Shown in pieces: positions 8,674 through 17,775 of a DNA stretch of 64,000 nt. Origin of the DNA: an uncultured Burkholderiaceae bacterium (lineage in GTDB: Bacteria; Pseudomonadota; Gammaproteobacteria; Burkholderiales; Burkholderiaceae_F). A model generated the notes under the pieces. That model was not told where the DNA came from. It searched no databases and worked only from the letters and a program-made list of their open reading frames with translations. Location: positions 3,818 through 67,817 of the forward strand of contig CAZSOI010000040.1 in NCBI GenBank assembly GCA_964608115.1, written 5' to 3'. Made by a program: the position numbers and the translations under genes. Numbering within the stretch: position 1 is the stretch's first letter; each line of letters starts with the position of its first letter.

Positions 8674-10242
8674 TTAGTTGGCTTTGGCTTCGCCAGAGGC
8701 CGCCGATGCGTTGGTTTGCTGCTCAGTTAATTCCGTCCGATTCCACCACCCGCCGCCAAGAGCCTGGAACAGGGCGGCGGTGTCCCCATAGCGATTGCTC
8801 TGCGCCTGAACCAAAGTGATCAACGACTGCTCGTACGCCTCTTGTGCCGCAAGCAGAATGAGGAAATTGACGTAGCCCATCTTGTACTGGCGCTCGGTCA
8901 CGTCCATCATGACTTTTGCGGCCCGTTCGGCCTCCTTGCAAGCCGCCAGACTGTCGGCATCGGACTGCACCGCGTGCAAGGTGTCCGCGACGTTCTGGAA
9001 GGCCGTTATTACGGTGCTTCGATATTGCGCTTGGGCCTGCAGCAGACCCTCTTCGGCGGCGCGCTGCCGATGCAAAAGCGTGAAGCCGTCAAAAAGCGGC
9101 TGCGTAACATCGCCGATCACGTTCCAAAACGGCCCTCCGTTGCGAAACAGCCAGGAAGCCTGGTTCGCCGTGCCACCGACTGCTCCGTTGATCGTGAATT
9201 GCGGCAATCGAGCCGCCACCGCCACGCCAACCTGGGCACTAGCCGAATGCAGTTGCTCCTCGGCCGCGCGCACATCGGGGCGTTGATCGACGAGCTTGGA
9301 GGGCAAGGTTACGGGCAGGTCGGTGGGTAACTTCAGCGAAGAAAATTCAAACGTCGTGTCGATATCCGCATTGGGTAGTTCGCCCAGCAAAGCCCGCAGC
9401 AAGTCGTGTGTGAGCTCCAGCTGCTTGAGCAGCGGGGGCAATTGCTCGCGCGCCTGGGCGAGCGCCGACTCCTGCGCAGCCACGTCCAGGCGCATGACGT
9501 AACCCAGATGAAATTGACTGCGCAAAATCTCCAACGCCTTGGCGTTCTGGTCGATAAAGCGCTGCGTCGCTTCAATCTGCGCGCGCAGCGAAGCTTCTTG
9601 TACCGCCGCCGCCACGACGTTGCCGGCGAGCGTGATATAGGTCGCCTCCATTTCGTACCGCAGCGTATCGGCCTGTGCCTGGAGCGACTCGACCTGCCGG
9701 CGGTTGGCACCAAAGACATCCGGCGTGTAGCCCACGGTCAACTGCGCTGTCTGGAAGTTATAGAACAAGGGTTCGGCGGGAGCGCTCGGTGCAATGAACT
9801 GGCCGTTACCCTGTAGACCCGGTGCATTGGTCGTAGCGATGTTGCCCGGCAGTTTTTGTCGCTCAAAGCTGTATTCGGCCGACACCGTTGGATAGAAAAA
9901 GCCGCGCTGCGCCGCCGTGTATTCCTGTGCCTGGCGCAACGCAGCCCGCGCAGCAGTGATGGTCGGGTTGGCTTTGAGTGCCCGCTCGACCAAAGCATTG
10001 AGTTTGGGCGATTCAAACAGCGTCCACCACGCAAACGCTATGTCCCGGCCCATGACAAAGTGCTGTGCATCTCCGCCAACCACGTCCGCGGAGGCCGTCA
10101 TCTCCGCCATAGGCTTGGGCGCATAGCCGTCGACTTTGGGAGACGCAGGCCGTTGAAAGTCCGGTCCCACCGCACAGGCGCAGACCAATAGCGCGGTGGC
10201 TACCGCGGCCCAGACGCACCGCCCCAATGAAATTGTGCGCAT
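8674..10242 (-). CDS. Outer membrane efflux lipoprotein (NodT/OprM/TolC family OMF)
   Basis: Lipobox VCAC followed by AVGPDF, WWTLF..P.LNALV..AL.ANP, RPDVRAAE..L..A.A..GVA, LFQALGGGWW. ATG 10242 preferred over GTG 10275. Confidence 0.95.
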   Translation of the reverse strand: MRTISLGRCVWAAVATALLVCACAVGPDFQRPASPKVDGYAPKPMAEMTASADVVGGDAQHFVMGRDIAFAWWTLFESPKLNALVERALKANPTITAARAALRQAQEYTAAQRGFFYPTVSAEYSFERQKLPGNIATTNAPGLQGNGQFIAPSAPAEPLFYNFQTAQLTVGYTPDVFGANRRQVESLQAQADTLRYEMEATYITLAGNVVAAAVQEASLRAQIEATQRFIDQNAKALEILRSQFHLGYVMRLDVAAQESALAQAREQLPPLLKQLELTHDLLRALLGELPNADIDTTFEFSSLKLPTDLPVTLPSKLVDQRPDVRAAEEQLHSASAQVGVAVAARLPQFTINGAVGGTANQASWLFRNGGPFWNVIGDVTQPLFDGFTLLHRQRAAEEGLLQAQAQYRSTVITAFQNVADTLHAVQSDADSLAACKEAERAAKVMMDVTERQYKMGYVNFLILLAAQEAYEQSLITLVQAQSNRYGDTAALFQALGGGWWNRTELTEQQTNASAASGEAKAN

Positions 10243-10334
10243 TAGCACCTTCAGATGTCCGTGGCCCCGATTCACGCGGGTCCATTAGCTTAACTACAGG
10301 CGTCGATTCTACGGCTCAGGACAGTGTGCACACC

Positions 10335-10374
10335 ACCGTGATAAATCACAGTGCGTACTGTGATTTATCACGGT
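10335..10374. promoter_or_regulatory. Perfect 40-bp palindrome (18-4-18) in the divergent OMF / MFP-RND promoter; each arm is itself a 7-4-7 dyad
   Basis: ACCGTGATAAATCACAGT-gcgt-ACTGTGATTTATCACGGT read directly; the arms are exact reverse complements. Operator function is inferred. Confidence 0.75.
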
Positions 10375-10429
10375 AGACAGTGTCCGGCCCCAACCGGGAA
10401 CATATACGTTCTTTATAAAGAGGCGGGTT

Positions 10430-11653
10430 ATGCGAATTGGACACAAGCTCGGTGGTGCAGCGAGCGCATTGGCCACGTTGGCCGTGGTGATGGGAATTGC
10501 TGGCTGCTCTGGCGGTGCCTCCAAAGATGCATCGGAGGGCGCCAAGGCTGAAGCCGCAAAGCCGGCAGAGGGCAAAGAGGCAGGAGCTCAAGGCGCCCAG
10601 GCCAGCGTGGACCTGAACGACACACAGGTCAAAACCATCCGCTTTGCCCCGGTCGGTGCTCGCACTTTTCCTCGGCAACGCATCGCCGTAGGCAATATCG
10701 ACTTTAACGAAGATCTCGCAGTGCAGGTTTATTCTCCGTACGCGGGCCGCATCATCCAAGCCTTCGCCCAGTTGGGCGATGAGATCGAGAAGGGCAAAGC
10801 GCTTTTCACGATCGATAGTCCGGACCTCGTGCAGGCCGAATCTACCTTAATTGCGGCTGCTGGCGTCTATGAGCTAACCAGCGCGGCCTTAACGCGCGCC
10901 AAAGGACTCTTTGAAACCCAAGGCATCGCCGAGAAGGACTTGCAGCAGGCGATCTCGGATCAGCAGAGCGCAGAAGGAGCACTCAAGGCGGCCCGCGATG
11001 CGGTGCGCGTTTTTGGTAAATCGGAGGCGCAAATCGACGAGATCGTCGCCAAGCGCAAAATCGATCCGGCGCTCGTTGTTCCCTGCCCGATCAGCGGCCG
11101 CGTCACGGCGCGCAACGCCCAGCCTGGTTTGTTCGTGCAACCGGGCAGTCCGCCCGCACCCTATGCCGTCGCCGACCTATCGACCATGTGGATGCTAGCC
11201 GACGTTACCGAAAGCGACATCCCCATGTTCCGTTTGGGACAGTCGGTGCGCGTGAAGGTGTTGGCTTTCCCCGACCGTGACTTCGAGGGAAAGGTGACCA
11301 ACATTGGTGCGACCGTCGATCCCACGACACGTACCGTCGTGGTGCGCTCGGAAATCCGCGATCCGAAACACGAACTGCGCCCGGGTATGTTTGCAACGTA
11401 CGTCATCAACGTCCAGGCTCCGGTAAAGGGTCTCGCCGTGCCGCTGGCGGGCATCGTGCGCGAGGGCGATGGCACGATGACCGCATGGGTCACCACGGAT
11501 GGACACCATTTCACTAGGCGCATCGTCAAAGTGGGCCTGCAGGAAGGCGGGTTCGACCAGATTCTCGAGGGCCTGCAGCCCGGCGAGCAGGTCGTTACCG
11601 ACGGAGCAGTATTTCTGAGCAACATGGTTGCCTCCGCCGGAACCGAAACCTAA
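10430..11653 (+). CDS. RND efflux periplasmic adaptor (MFP, CzcB/CusB-like family)
   Basis: Lipoprotein-like signal (GIAGC), VYSPYAGRI, DSPDLVQAE, CPISGRV, GATVDPTTRT, LRPGMF, GEQVVTDGA; directly upstream of the RND gene. Confidence 0.95.
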   Translation: MRIGHKLGGAASALATLAVVMGIAGCSGGASKDASEGAKAEAAKPAEGKEAGAQGAQASVDLNDTQVKTIRFAPVGARTFPRQRIAVGNIDFNEDLAVQVYSPYAGRIIQAFAQLGDEIEKGKALFTIDSPDLVQAESTLIAAAGVYELTSAALTRAKGLFETQGIAEKDLQQAISDQQSAEGALKAARDAVRVFGKSEAQIDEIVAKRKIDPALVVPCPISGRVTARNAQPGLFVQPGSPPAPYAVADLSTMWMLADVTESDIPMFRLGQSVRVKVLAFPDRDFEGKVTNIGATVDPTTRTVVVRSEIRDPKHELRPGMFATYVINVQAPVKGLAVPLAGIVREGDGTMTAWVTTDGHHFTRRIVKVGLQEGGFDQILEGLQPGEQVVTDGAVFLSNMVASAGTET

Positions 11654-11677
11654 GCCTCCCACGTCAAGGAAGTACCC

Positions 11678-14600
11678 GTGTTCAAAACTGTTCTTGCCTT
11701 TTGCTTGACGCGCCGGGCCGTCGTGATGATGGGCCTGCTGGTGCTGCTCGGTGCCGGGGCCATCGCTGTCAACAAGCTCAACATCGAGGCTTACCCCAAC
11801 CCTGCGCCGGTGATTTTAGAAATCACCGCGCAGGCTCCGGGCCTGTCCGCGGAGGAGATGGAGCGCTATTACACGACCCCCATGGAAATTGGGCTGTACT
11901 CGACGCCGGGAATTTCGAATATCCGCTCGACGTCCTTTTACGGTCTTTCCTTCGTGCGCGTCACCTTCAAATACGGCGTCGACTACTTTTTTGCGTACAC
12001 GCAGGCGGCGTTGAGCCTGCAGCAAAACGTCAACCTGCCCGGGAGTCAGGTTCCGCAAATCCAGCAATCGAGCCTCGTCGGCGAGGTCTACCGCTATCAG
12101 GTCGTCGGCCCCCAGCATTTTGGATTGACCAATCTGCGCACGGTGCAAGACTGGATCATTTTGCGCCGTCTGTCGACAATCCCCGGGGTAGTCGCGATCA
12201 ACAGCTGGGGCGGCACCACCAAGGAATTCGACGTCAAGATCGACCAAGGCAAATTGCAAGCCTATGGGCTCACGGTGCCGCAGATCATTACCGCCCTGGG
12301 CAACGCGAACATCAACGTCGGCGGACGTGAGATCGCAATTGGCCAGCAGTCCATCAACATCCGTGGGGTAGGACTGATCGACAGTGGTGGCAGCGACGAT
12401 CTGACCAAAGGCTACAAGGTCGAGGACATTGAAAACGTCGTCCTGACGCAAAACAACGGTGTGCCGGTGTTGGTGAAACATGTCGCGCAAGTCGACGTGG
12501 GATACGTGCCTCGGCTGGGCATCGCCGGGCGTGATCACGAGGACGACATTGCGGCGGCCATCGTCGTGATGGGCCGCACCCAGCACACCAACGAGATCGT
12601 TCCGCGCATTAAAGAGGTCGTGGAGAAGATGAACCACGACGGAAGCTTACCTCCGGGAGTGAAGATCGTCCCGTATTACGACCGCACTTCGCTGGTCGAC
12701 GTAACCACCCACACCGTATTTCACAATCTGGTTTTCGGGTGCCTGTTGGTGTTTCTGATCCAGTGGATCTTTCTGGGTGACCTGCGCAGCGCGATCATTG
12801 TTGGCGTCAACATTCCGTTTGCGCTGCTCTTTAGCATTATCTTGTTGGTGCTGCAGGGCGAGGACGCCAACTTGCTTTCGATCGGAGCCGTGGACTTTGG
12901 CATCATCGTCGATTCCGCGGTGATCTTGGTCGAGAACATCTTTCGCAACTTTCAGTCGAACAAGGACGTCCGGCGTCGATTGCTTGAGGACCTCGCAGAA
13001 GGCCAGTTGGGTAGTGATCCGACACATTTTCGGGACGTAAATCATCGCCGTACATGGAACAACCGCCTGCGGCTGATTCTGATCAGTGCCTTGCAAGTGG
13101 ATCGCGCCATATTGTTTTCGGTCGCAATTACGGTGGCCGCATTCGTACCCTTGTTCACCATGCAGGGCGTCGAGGGCCAGATCTTCGGTCCCATGGCCAG
13201 AACGTATGCCTATGCACTGACCGGTGCATTGATTGCCACTTTTACCGTCACACCGGTGCTGGCCTCCTTCGTTTTACCAGCGCATGTGGAGGAAGTCGAA
13301 ACCATCGTGGTGCGCGCGATTCGCTCGGTGTACACCCCGCTGCTTCGCTGGTCGCTGTCAAATCGGGGAGTCGTGGTCGGCGCCGGAGTGATCTTTCTCG
13401 TGCTAACCGGGCTGTTGATCGGGCGACTGGGTTCGGAATTTTTGCCGGCCCTTGAGGAAGGTAACTACTGGATACGGGCTTCCATGCCACCGACGATGTC
13501 GCTGGAAGCGGGCACTCGTGCGGCCGGCAAAATGCGCGAGATTCTAATAAGCCACCCGGAAATCCTGACCGTCGTCTCCCAGCACGGGCGTCCCGACAAC
13601 GGCAGCGACGCATCGCCCTTCTCCAATGTCGAGCTGTTTGCTCCCTTAAAGCCCTTTGACGAATGGCCCTCCGGTTTGACCAAGGACAAGCTCACGGAAC
13701 AATTGCAAAAGCAATTCAACGACGAGTTGCCCGGGGTGACCTTTAACTTCTCGCAGTACATTCAGGACAACGTCGAGGAAGCCATCTCGGGAGTCAAAGG
13801 CGCCAATTCGGTCAAGATCATCGGACCTAATCTCGTTGTACTCGAGCAGATTGCTGCGCAGGTGATGGAGCAGATGAGGGCCGTGCGCGGCGTGGAGGAC
13901 CTGGGGCTGTTTAACGTCCTTGGCCAGCCCAATCTGAACGTTAAGGTCGACCGAGCCAAAGCGGCGCGCTATGGCTTAAATAGCGGAGACGTCAACACGG
14001 TGATCCAGGCAGCGATGGGCGGCGTAACCGCCAGCACAGTGCTGGAAAACGAGCGTCAGTTCAACCTGGAGGTACGCTTTTTACCCAAGTACCGCGACAG
14101 CATCGAGAACGTAGGCAACATTCGGGTCGGCTATCAAACGGCTAGCGGCGCCACCGGGTATGTCCCTTTACGCGATGTAGCAAACATCAGCCTGGATACC
14201 GGTGCCTCCTACATCTATCACGAGGCAACCCAGCGGTTCATTCCGATCAAGTTCAGCGTGCGGGGGCGCGATTTGGGCGGCACGGTGGCCGAGGCGCAAA
14301 GTCGCATCGCGAAGAACGTACCCCTGCCCACCGGCTACCGCATCATCTGGGCCGGTGAGTTCGAGGACCTGCAACTAGCGCAAAAACGCCTTGAGGTCAT
14401 TGTGCCAATCAGCCTTGCGCTCATCCTCATGCTGCTGTACGCGCTGTTTAATTCGCTGCGCGACAGCCTGCTCGCGCTGTCCGGGATTCCTTTTGCCATT
14501 GGGGGCGGAGTGTTGGCGCTATACATTGCGGGACTGCCGTTCAGCATTTCGGGGGCAATTGGCTTTATTTCGCTGTTTGGTGTTTCGGTAATGAACGGGA

Positions 14601-14923
14601 TTTTGCTCATTACTTACTACCATCAGACGCGCTCGCACGGTCTTAGCAATATCGATGCGATGTTTCTTGCGGGAGAGCAGCGTATGCGGCCCATGCTCAT
14701 GACGGCACTCTCGGCCTGCATCGGTTTGTTGCCGGCCGCCCTGTCCCATGGCATTGGCAGCCAAGTGCAACGGCCCCTGGCTACTGTCGTCGTCGGCGGA
14801 TTGTTGCTCGGACCGATCATGCTCTTGGTCGTGGTGCCCGCCCTGCAGACGCTGTTCATGGGTCGGGAAGATCAGATGCCACCGGCAGCGCACGAGACTG
14901 CGCGCGGAATTGACGCCGAATGA
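11678..14923 (+). CDS. Heavy-metal-efflux type RND permease (CusA/CzcA family)
   Basis: 1081 aa; IEAYP, GAVDFGIIVDSAVILVEN proton relay, FLPALEEG, RMRPMLMTAL, GSQVQRPLATVVVGG. Confidence 0.95.
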   Translation: MFKTVLAFCLTRRAVVMMGLLVLLGAGAIAVNKLNIEAYPNPAPVILEITAQAPGLSAEEMERYYTTPMEIGLYSTPGISNIRSTSFYGLSFVRVTFKYGVDYFFAYTQAALSLQQNVNLPGSQVPQIQQSSLVGEVYRYQVVGPQHFGLTNLRTVQDWIILRRLSTIPGVVAINSWGGTTKEFDVKIDQGKLQAYGLTVPQIITALGNANINVGGREIAIGQQSINIRGVGLIDSGGSDDLTKGYKVEDIENVVLTQNNGVPVLVKHVAQVDVGYVPRLGIAGRDHEDDIAAAIVVMGRTQHTNEIVPRIKEVVEKMNHDGSLPPGVKIVPYYDRTSLVDVTTHTVFHNLVFGCLLVFLIQWIFLGDLRSAIIVGVNIPFALLFSIILLVLQGEDANLLSIGAVDFGIIVDSAVILVENIFRNFQSNKDVRRRLLEDLAEGQLGSDPTHFRDVNHRRTWNNRLRLILISALQVDRAILFSVAITVAAFVPLFTMQGVEGQIFGPMARTYAYALTGALIATFTVTPVLASFVLPAHVEEVETIVVRAIRSVYTPLLRWSLSNRGVVVGAGVIFLVLTGLLIGRLGSEFLPALEEGNYWIRASMPPTMSLEAGTRAAGKMREILISHPEILTVVSQHGRPDNGSDASPFSNVELFAPLKPFDEWPSGLTKDKLTEQLQKQFNDELPGVTFNFSQYIQDNVEEAISGVKGANSVKIIGPNLVVLEQIAAQVMEQMRAVRGVEDLGLFNVLGQPNLNVKVDRAKAARYGLNSGDVNTVIQAAMGGVTASTVLENERQFNLEVRFLPKYRDSIENVGNIRVGYQTASGATGYVPLRDVANISLDTGASYIYHEATQRFIPIKFSVRGRDLGGTVAEAQSRIAKNVPLPTGYRIIWAGEFEDLQLAQKRLEVIVPISLALILMLLYALFNSLRDSLLALSGIPFAIGGGVLALYIAGLPFSISGAIGFISLFGVSVMNGILLITYYHQTRSHGLSNIDAMFLAGEQRMRPMLMTALSACIGLLPAALSHGIGSQVQRPLATVVVGGLLLGPIMLLVVVPALQTLFMGREDQMPPAAHETARGIDAE

Positions 14924-15300
14924 GCGCGCGGGGAAACAAGGCCAATGGGGCAGCCGCCTTCGTGGCGCTGGTTGTCGTTGCGCTCACGGCGAAGGCTTGC
15001 CTTGCACAGCCGCTGCATCAACCGCTTGAATCCCGCCACGTCCTCACGCCGCATCCTTCGGCGGCGGTAATTGGCGGACCCGCACGGCCCACCGGTGCAA
15101 GGCCAGGCGAGGCGCGCTTTCCCGTTTCGCCAGCTGGTGCCGTGCCTGCTAAGGCACCGCTCGCACCAAGAGAATTTCCGCATGTAGCCGCAAAACAAGT
15201 GACTGCAAGCAGTAAACCCGCCCAATCGTTGCAACTACATAAACGGCAGGAACCAGCGTCCGGGCAAAATCACGCGGCGCCAGTGCACCACGCCAAATGA
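14920..15300 (+). CDS. Hypothetical exported Pro/Ala/His-rich protein
   Basis: ATGA overlap with the RND stop, signal-like N-terminus (AAAFVALVVVALTAKACLA-Q), low-complexity body ending HAAPVHHAK. Confidence 0.5.
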   Translation: MSARGNKANGAAAFVALVVVALTAKACLAQPLHQPLESRHVLTPHPSAAVIGGPARPTGARPGEARFPVSPAGAVPAKAPLAPREFPHVAAKQVTASSKPAQSLQLHKRQEPASGQNHAAPVHHAK

Positions 15301-15304
15301 GCTC

Positions 15305-15910
15305 TTACGGTTCGATCAACCCGCCCGTCGCCGCCTTGACCGCTGCTTGTATTCGAGACGACACACCGAGTTTGCTGCGGGCATTATCGATATGAAAGTC
15401 GACGGTGCGTTTGCTCAGACCCAGTATCGATGCAATCTCGTCGGAGGTCTTCCCGCGCGCCGACCATGTCAGAGTCTCGATTTCGCGCTGGCTCAAGTCG
15501 ACTTGTTTCGACCAAATCTCCAGGCGCGCCACACGCGCCAGGCGCGCGCTGATGATGCTGGCCAGAAGGTCGAAGTCGATCGGCTTGGTGACATAGTCAT
15601 CGGCGCCCAGCCTGCGCCCTTTGAGCTCGCTGTCGCGGTCGGTGAGCGCCGTTAGGAACACAAACGGCATGTTGCGGAAGTTCGGGGCAATCGCAGTTAG
15701 CGCCTCTAATACCTCGAATCCGGACATTCCGGGCAGGTTAATGTCGCACAGTACAAGGTCCGGGCGAATGCGCAAGATCGCGGCAAAACCGTCGTTGCCG
15801 TCGTGCGCCAAGCTCACGTCGTAACCGCGCTCTTCTAGGTCCTCGCGGATCAGCGCAGCGCTTTCTTTATCGTCCTCAATGCAGAGGATTTTCTTACGCT
15901 CTTCTACCAT
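15305..15910 (-). CDS. Two-component response regulator, REC + LuxR HTH (paralogue of 280-885)
   Basis: ILCIEDD, DLVLCDINLPGMSG, GADDYVTKPIDF, WSARGKTSDEIA..LGLSKRTVDFH. Confidence 0.93.
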   Translation of the reverse strand: MVEERKKILCIEDDKESAALIREDLEERGYDVSLAHDGNDGFAAILRIRPDLVLCDINLPGMSGFEVLEALTAIAPNFRNMPFVFLTALTDRDSELKGRRLGADDYVTKPIDFDLLASIISARLARVARLEIWSKQVDLSQREIETLTWSARGKTSDEIASILGLSKRTVDFHIDNARSKLGVSSRIQAAVKAATGGLIEP

Positions 15911-16109
15911 GGCAAGCCAAAACCAACATTTGCTCGGGCGCAGCGCACGCCCAGCACCCCCGGTCTGCGCGCAAGCGACAAGCGCCCGGGTGCCGTATTC
16001 TATTGCCCCCGGCCAGGCGAAGGAACTCGCTGGTCAAAAGGGTTCGGTCGCCGCGACATGGGAAGTCGAGCACGAACACCGGCCGCTCGGCGGAAAGCCA
16101 ACGAAAGTC

Positions 16110-17699
16110 GTGACCCAACGTCATTCCATCCGAATTCGCTTGTCCCTCGCGTTCATCCTCTTGGGGCTGCTGGTTCTCGTGTTGGGCCTGTTTAGCGTCT
16201 GGTGGCTAAGCGACGTCAACGCCGCGTCGGCGGAAATCCGCGATCGTTGGTTGCAAAGCTCCCACTTGCTGGGCGACTTGAACAATTTCACATCCGACTA
16301 TCGCGCCGCCGAGGCCAGCCATTTGCTGGCAACCAGTAAAGTCGAAATGGCGGCAAACGATAAGGAACTTTTGTCCTTGCAAAAGGCGATCAACCAGGCA
16401 TGGCAAAGCTATGAGAAAGTTCCCCATGACGGGGAGGAAACGCGCCTGTGGAAACAGTTCACGGCGGACTGGAACCATTACCGCCAAGTCTCCGACCGGG
16501 TTCTCGCCTTATCGGCGCAGCGCCCCAACGCCCTTGCGATCACGCTCTATGAAGGTGACTCGAAGATGGCGTACGGCGCGGCCAGCGATACGCTAGGCGG
16601 GCTTACTGAGCTGACCGTTACGGGTGCGCGGGCCGCAAGCAATCGTGCGGACCAGGTCTACCGGCATGCGCGCATACTGATTTTTGGCGCTATCGCTCTT
16701 GCCGGAGTGATGATCCTGATCGTCATGAGCCACATCACGCGCTCCGTTTCCCGACCCATACTCGAACTTGCCAGTCGAATGCACACGCTTGCTAAAAGCG
16801 ACACCAATATCGAGATCTCCGGCACTGAACGCAGTGACGAGATCGGGGAAATGGCCCGCGCCGTTGTAGTGTTCCGCAATAACGCGATCGAACTTGCCCA
16901 CAGCCAACGGGGATTGGAGCAACAGGCCTCGATGCTCGCCGAAAAACTCGAACACGAACAGCGGCTGACGACTTTGCAGCGCAATTTTGTGTCGATGGCC
17001 TCGCACGAATTTCGCACCCCCCTTACCATCATCGACGGGCAAGCGCAACGCTTGATCAAAATGGTGGAGCGAATATCACCTGTCGAACTTGGCGAACGTG
17101 CCGGAAAAATTCGAACGGCCGTTCAGCGCCTGACGAATCTTCTGGAGTCCTTGCTCAACTCCTCCCGCCTGATGGAGGCCGACCAGAAGCTGTATTTTCA
17201 TCCGACAGAATTTAACCCCGCAGCACTGCTCCACGAGGTATGCCAGACGCACCGCGAGATCGCAGCGGACGCTTGGGTCATAGAGCACATCAACAATCTG
17301 CCCTCATCCATGCTAGGTGACCCTAAGCTGCTGTACCAGGCCTTTAGCAATCTGGTCTCCAATGCCATCAAATATTCCGCGGTCGGCAAACCGATCCAGC
17401 TCGACGCAGTGTTTGATAAGGATCGGCTGGTAGTTACCGTGCGTGACGAGGGCATCGGGATTCCTCAAGAGGATTTGCCAAGAATGTTCGAACGATACTA
17501 TCGGGGCAGCAACGTTCATGGCATCGTCGGAACCGGAATCGGCCTGTACCTGGTCAAGACCGTTGTCGCCTTGCACGGCGGCGATATCACGGTCGAGAGC
17601 CGCGAGGGCGAGGGATCGAAGTTCACCTTGTGGCTACCGCTTCGTCCTACAGTCGCGTCCACCGAAAGCGCCTTGGCACAGGACGCAGTCAACGCATAA
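16110..17699 (+). CDS. Sensor histidine kinase: TM - four-helix-bundle ligand domain - TM - HAMP - HisKA - HATPase
   Basis: Two TM segments flank a helical periplasmic domain; HAMP ERSDEIGEMARA; H-box SHEFRTPLT; NLVSNAIKYS, DEGIGI, GTGIGL. Start moved to GTG 16110 because the ORF-track start overlaps the divergent regulator. Confidence 0.92.
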   Translation: MTQRHSIRIRLSLAFILLGLLVLVLGLFSVWWLSDVNAASAEIRDRWLQSSHLLGDLNNFTSDYRAAEASHLLATSKVEMAANDKELLSLQKAINQAWQSYEKVPHDGEETRLWKQFTADWNHYRQVSDRVLALSAQRPNALAITLYEGDSKMAYGAASDTLGGLTELTVTGARAASNRADQVYRHARILIFGAIALAGVMILIVMSHITRSVSRPILELASRMHTLAKSDTNIEISGTERSDEIGEMARAVVVFRNNAIELAHSQRGLEQQASMLAEKLEHEQRLTTLQRNFVSMASHEFRTPLTIIDGQAQRLIKMVERISPVELGERAGKIRTAVQRLTNLLESLLNSSRLMEADQKLYFHPTEFNPAALLHEVCQTHREIAADAWVIEHINNLPSSMLGDPKLLYQAFSNLVSNAIKYSAVGKPIQLDAVFDKDRLVVTVRDEGIGIPQEDLPRMFERYYRGSNVHGIVGTGIGLYLVKTVVALHGGDITVESREGEGSKFTLWLPLRPTVASTESALAQDAVNA

Positions 17700-17775
17700 G
17701 CCGACGCCAATCCGGGTGCGCAGCGCGCCAGGGTGATTTCTGGCTCTTATGTGGTGCGCGCCGGGCGGCTAAAAA

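Noticed and set aside
11678-14923. Naming the pump cusA or czcA
   Set aside because: The Met ligands of CusA are not evident and no cusF/czcD/czcRS context is present; family-level call only.
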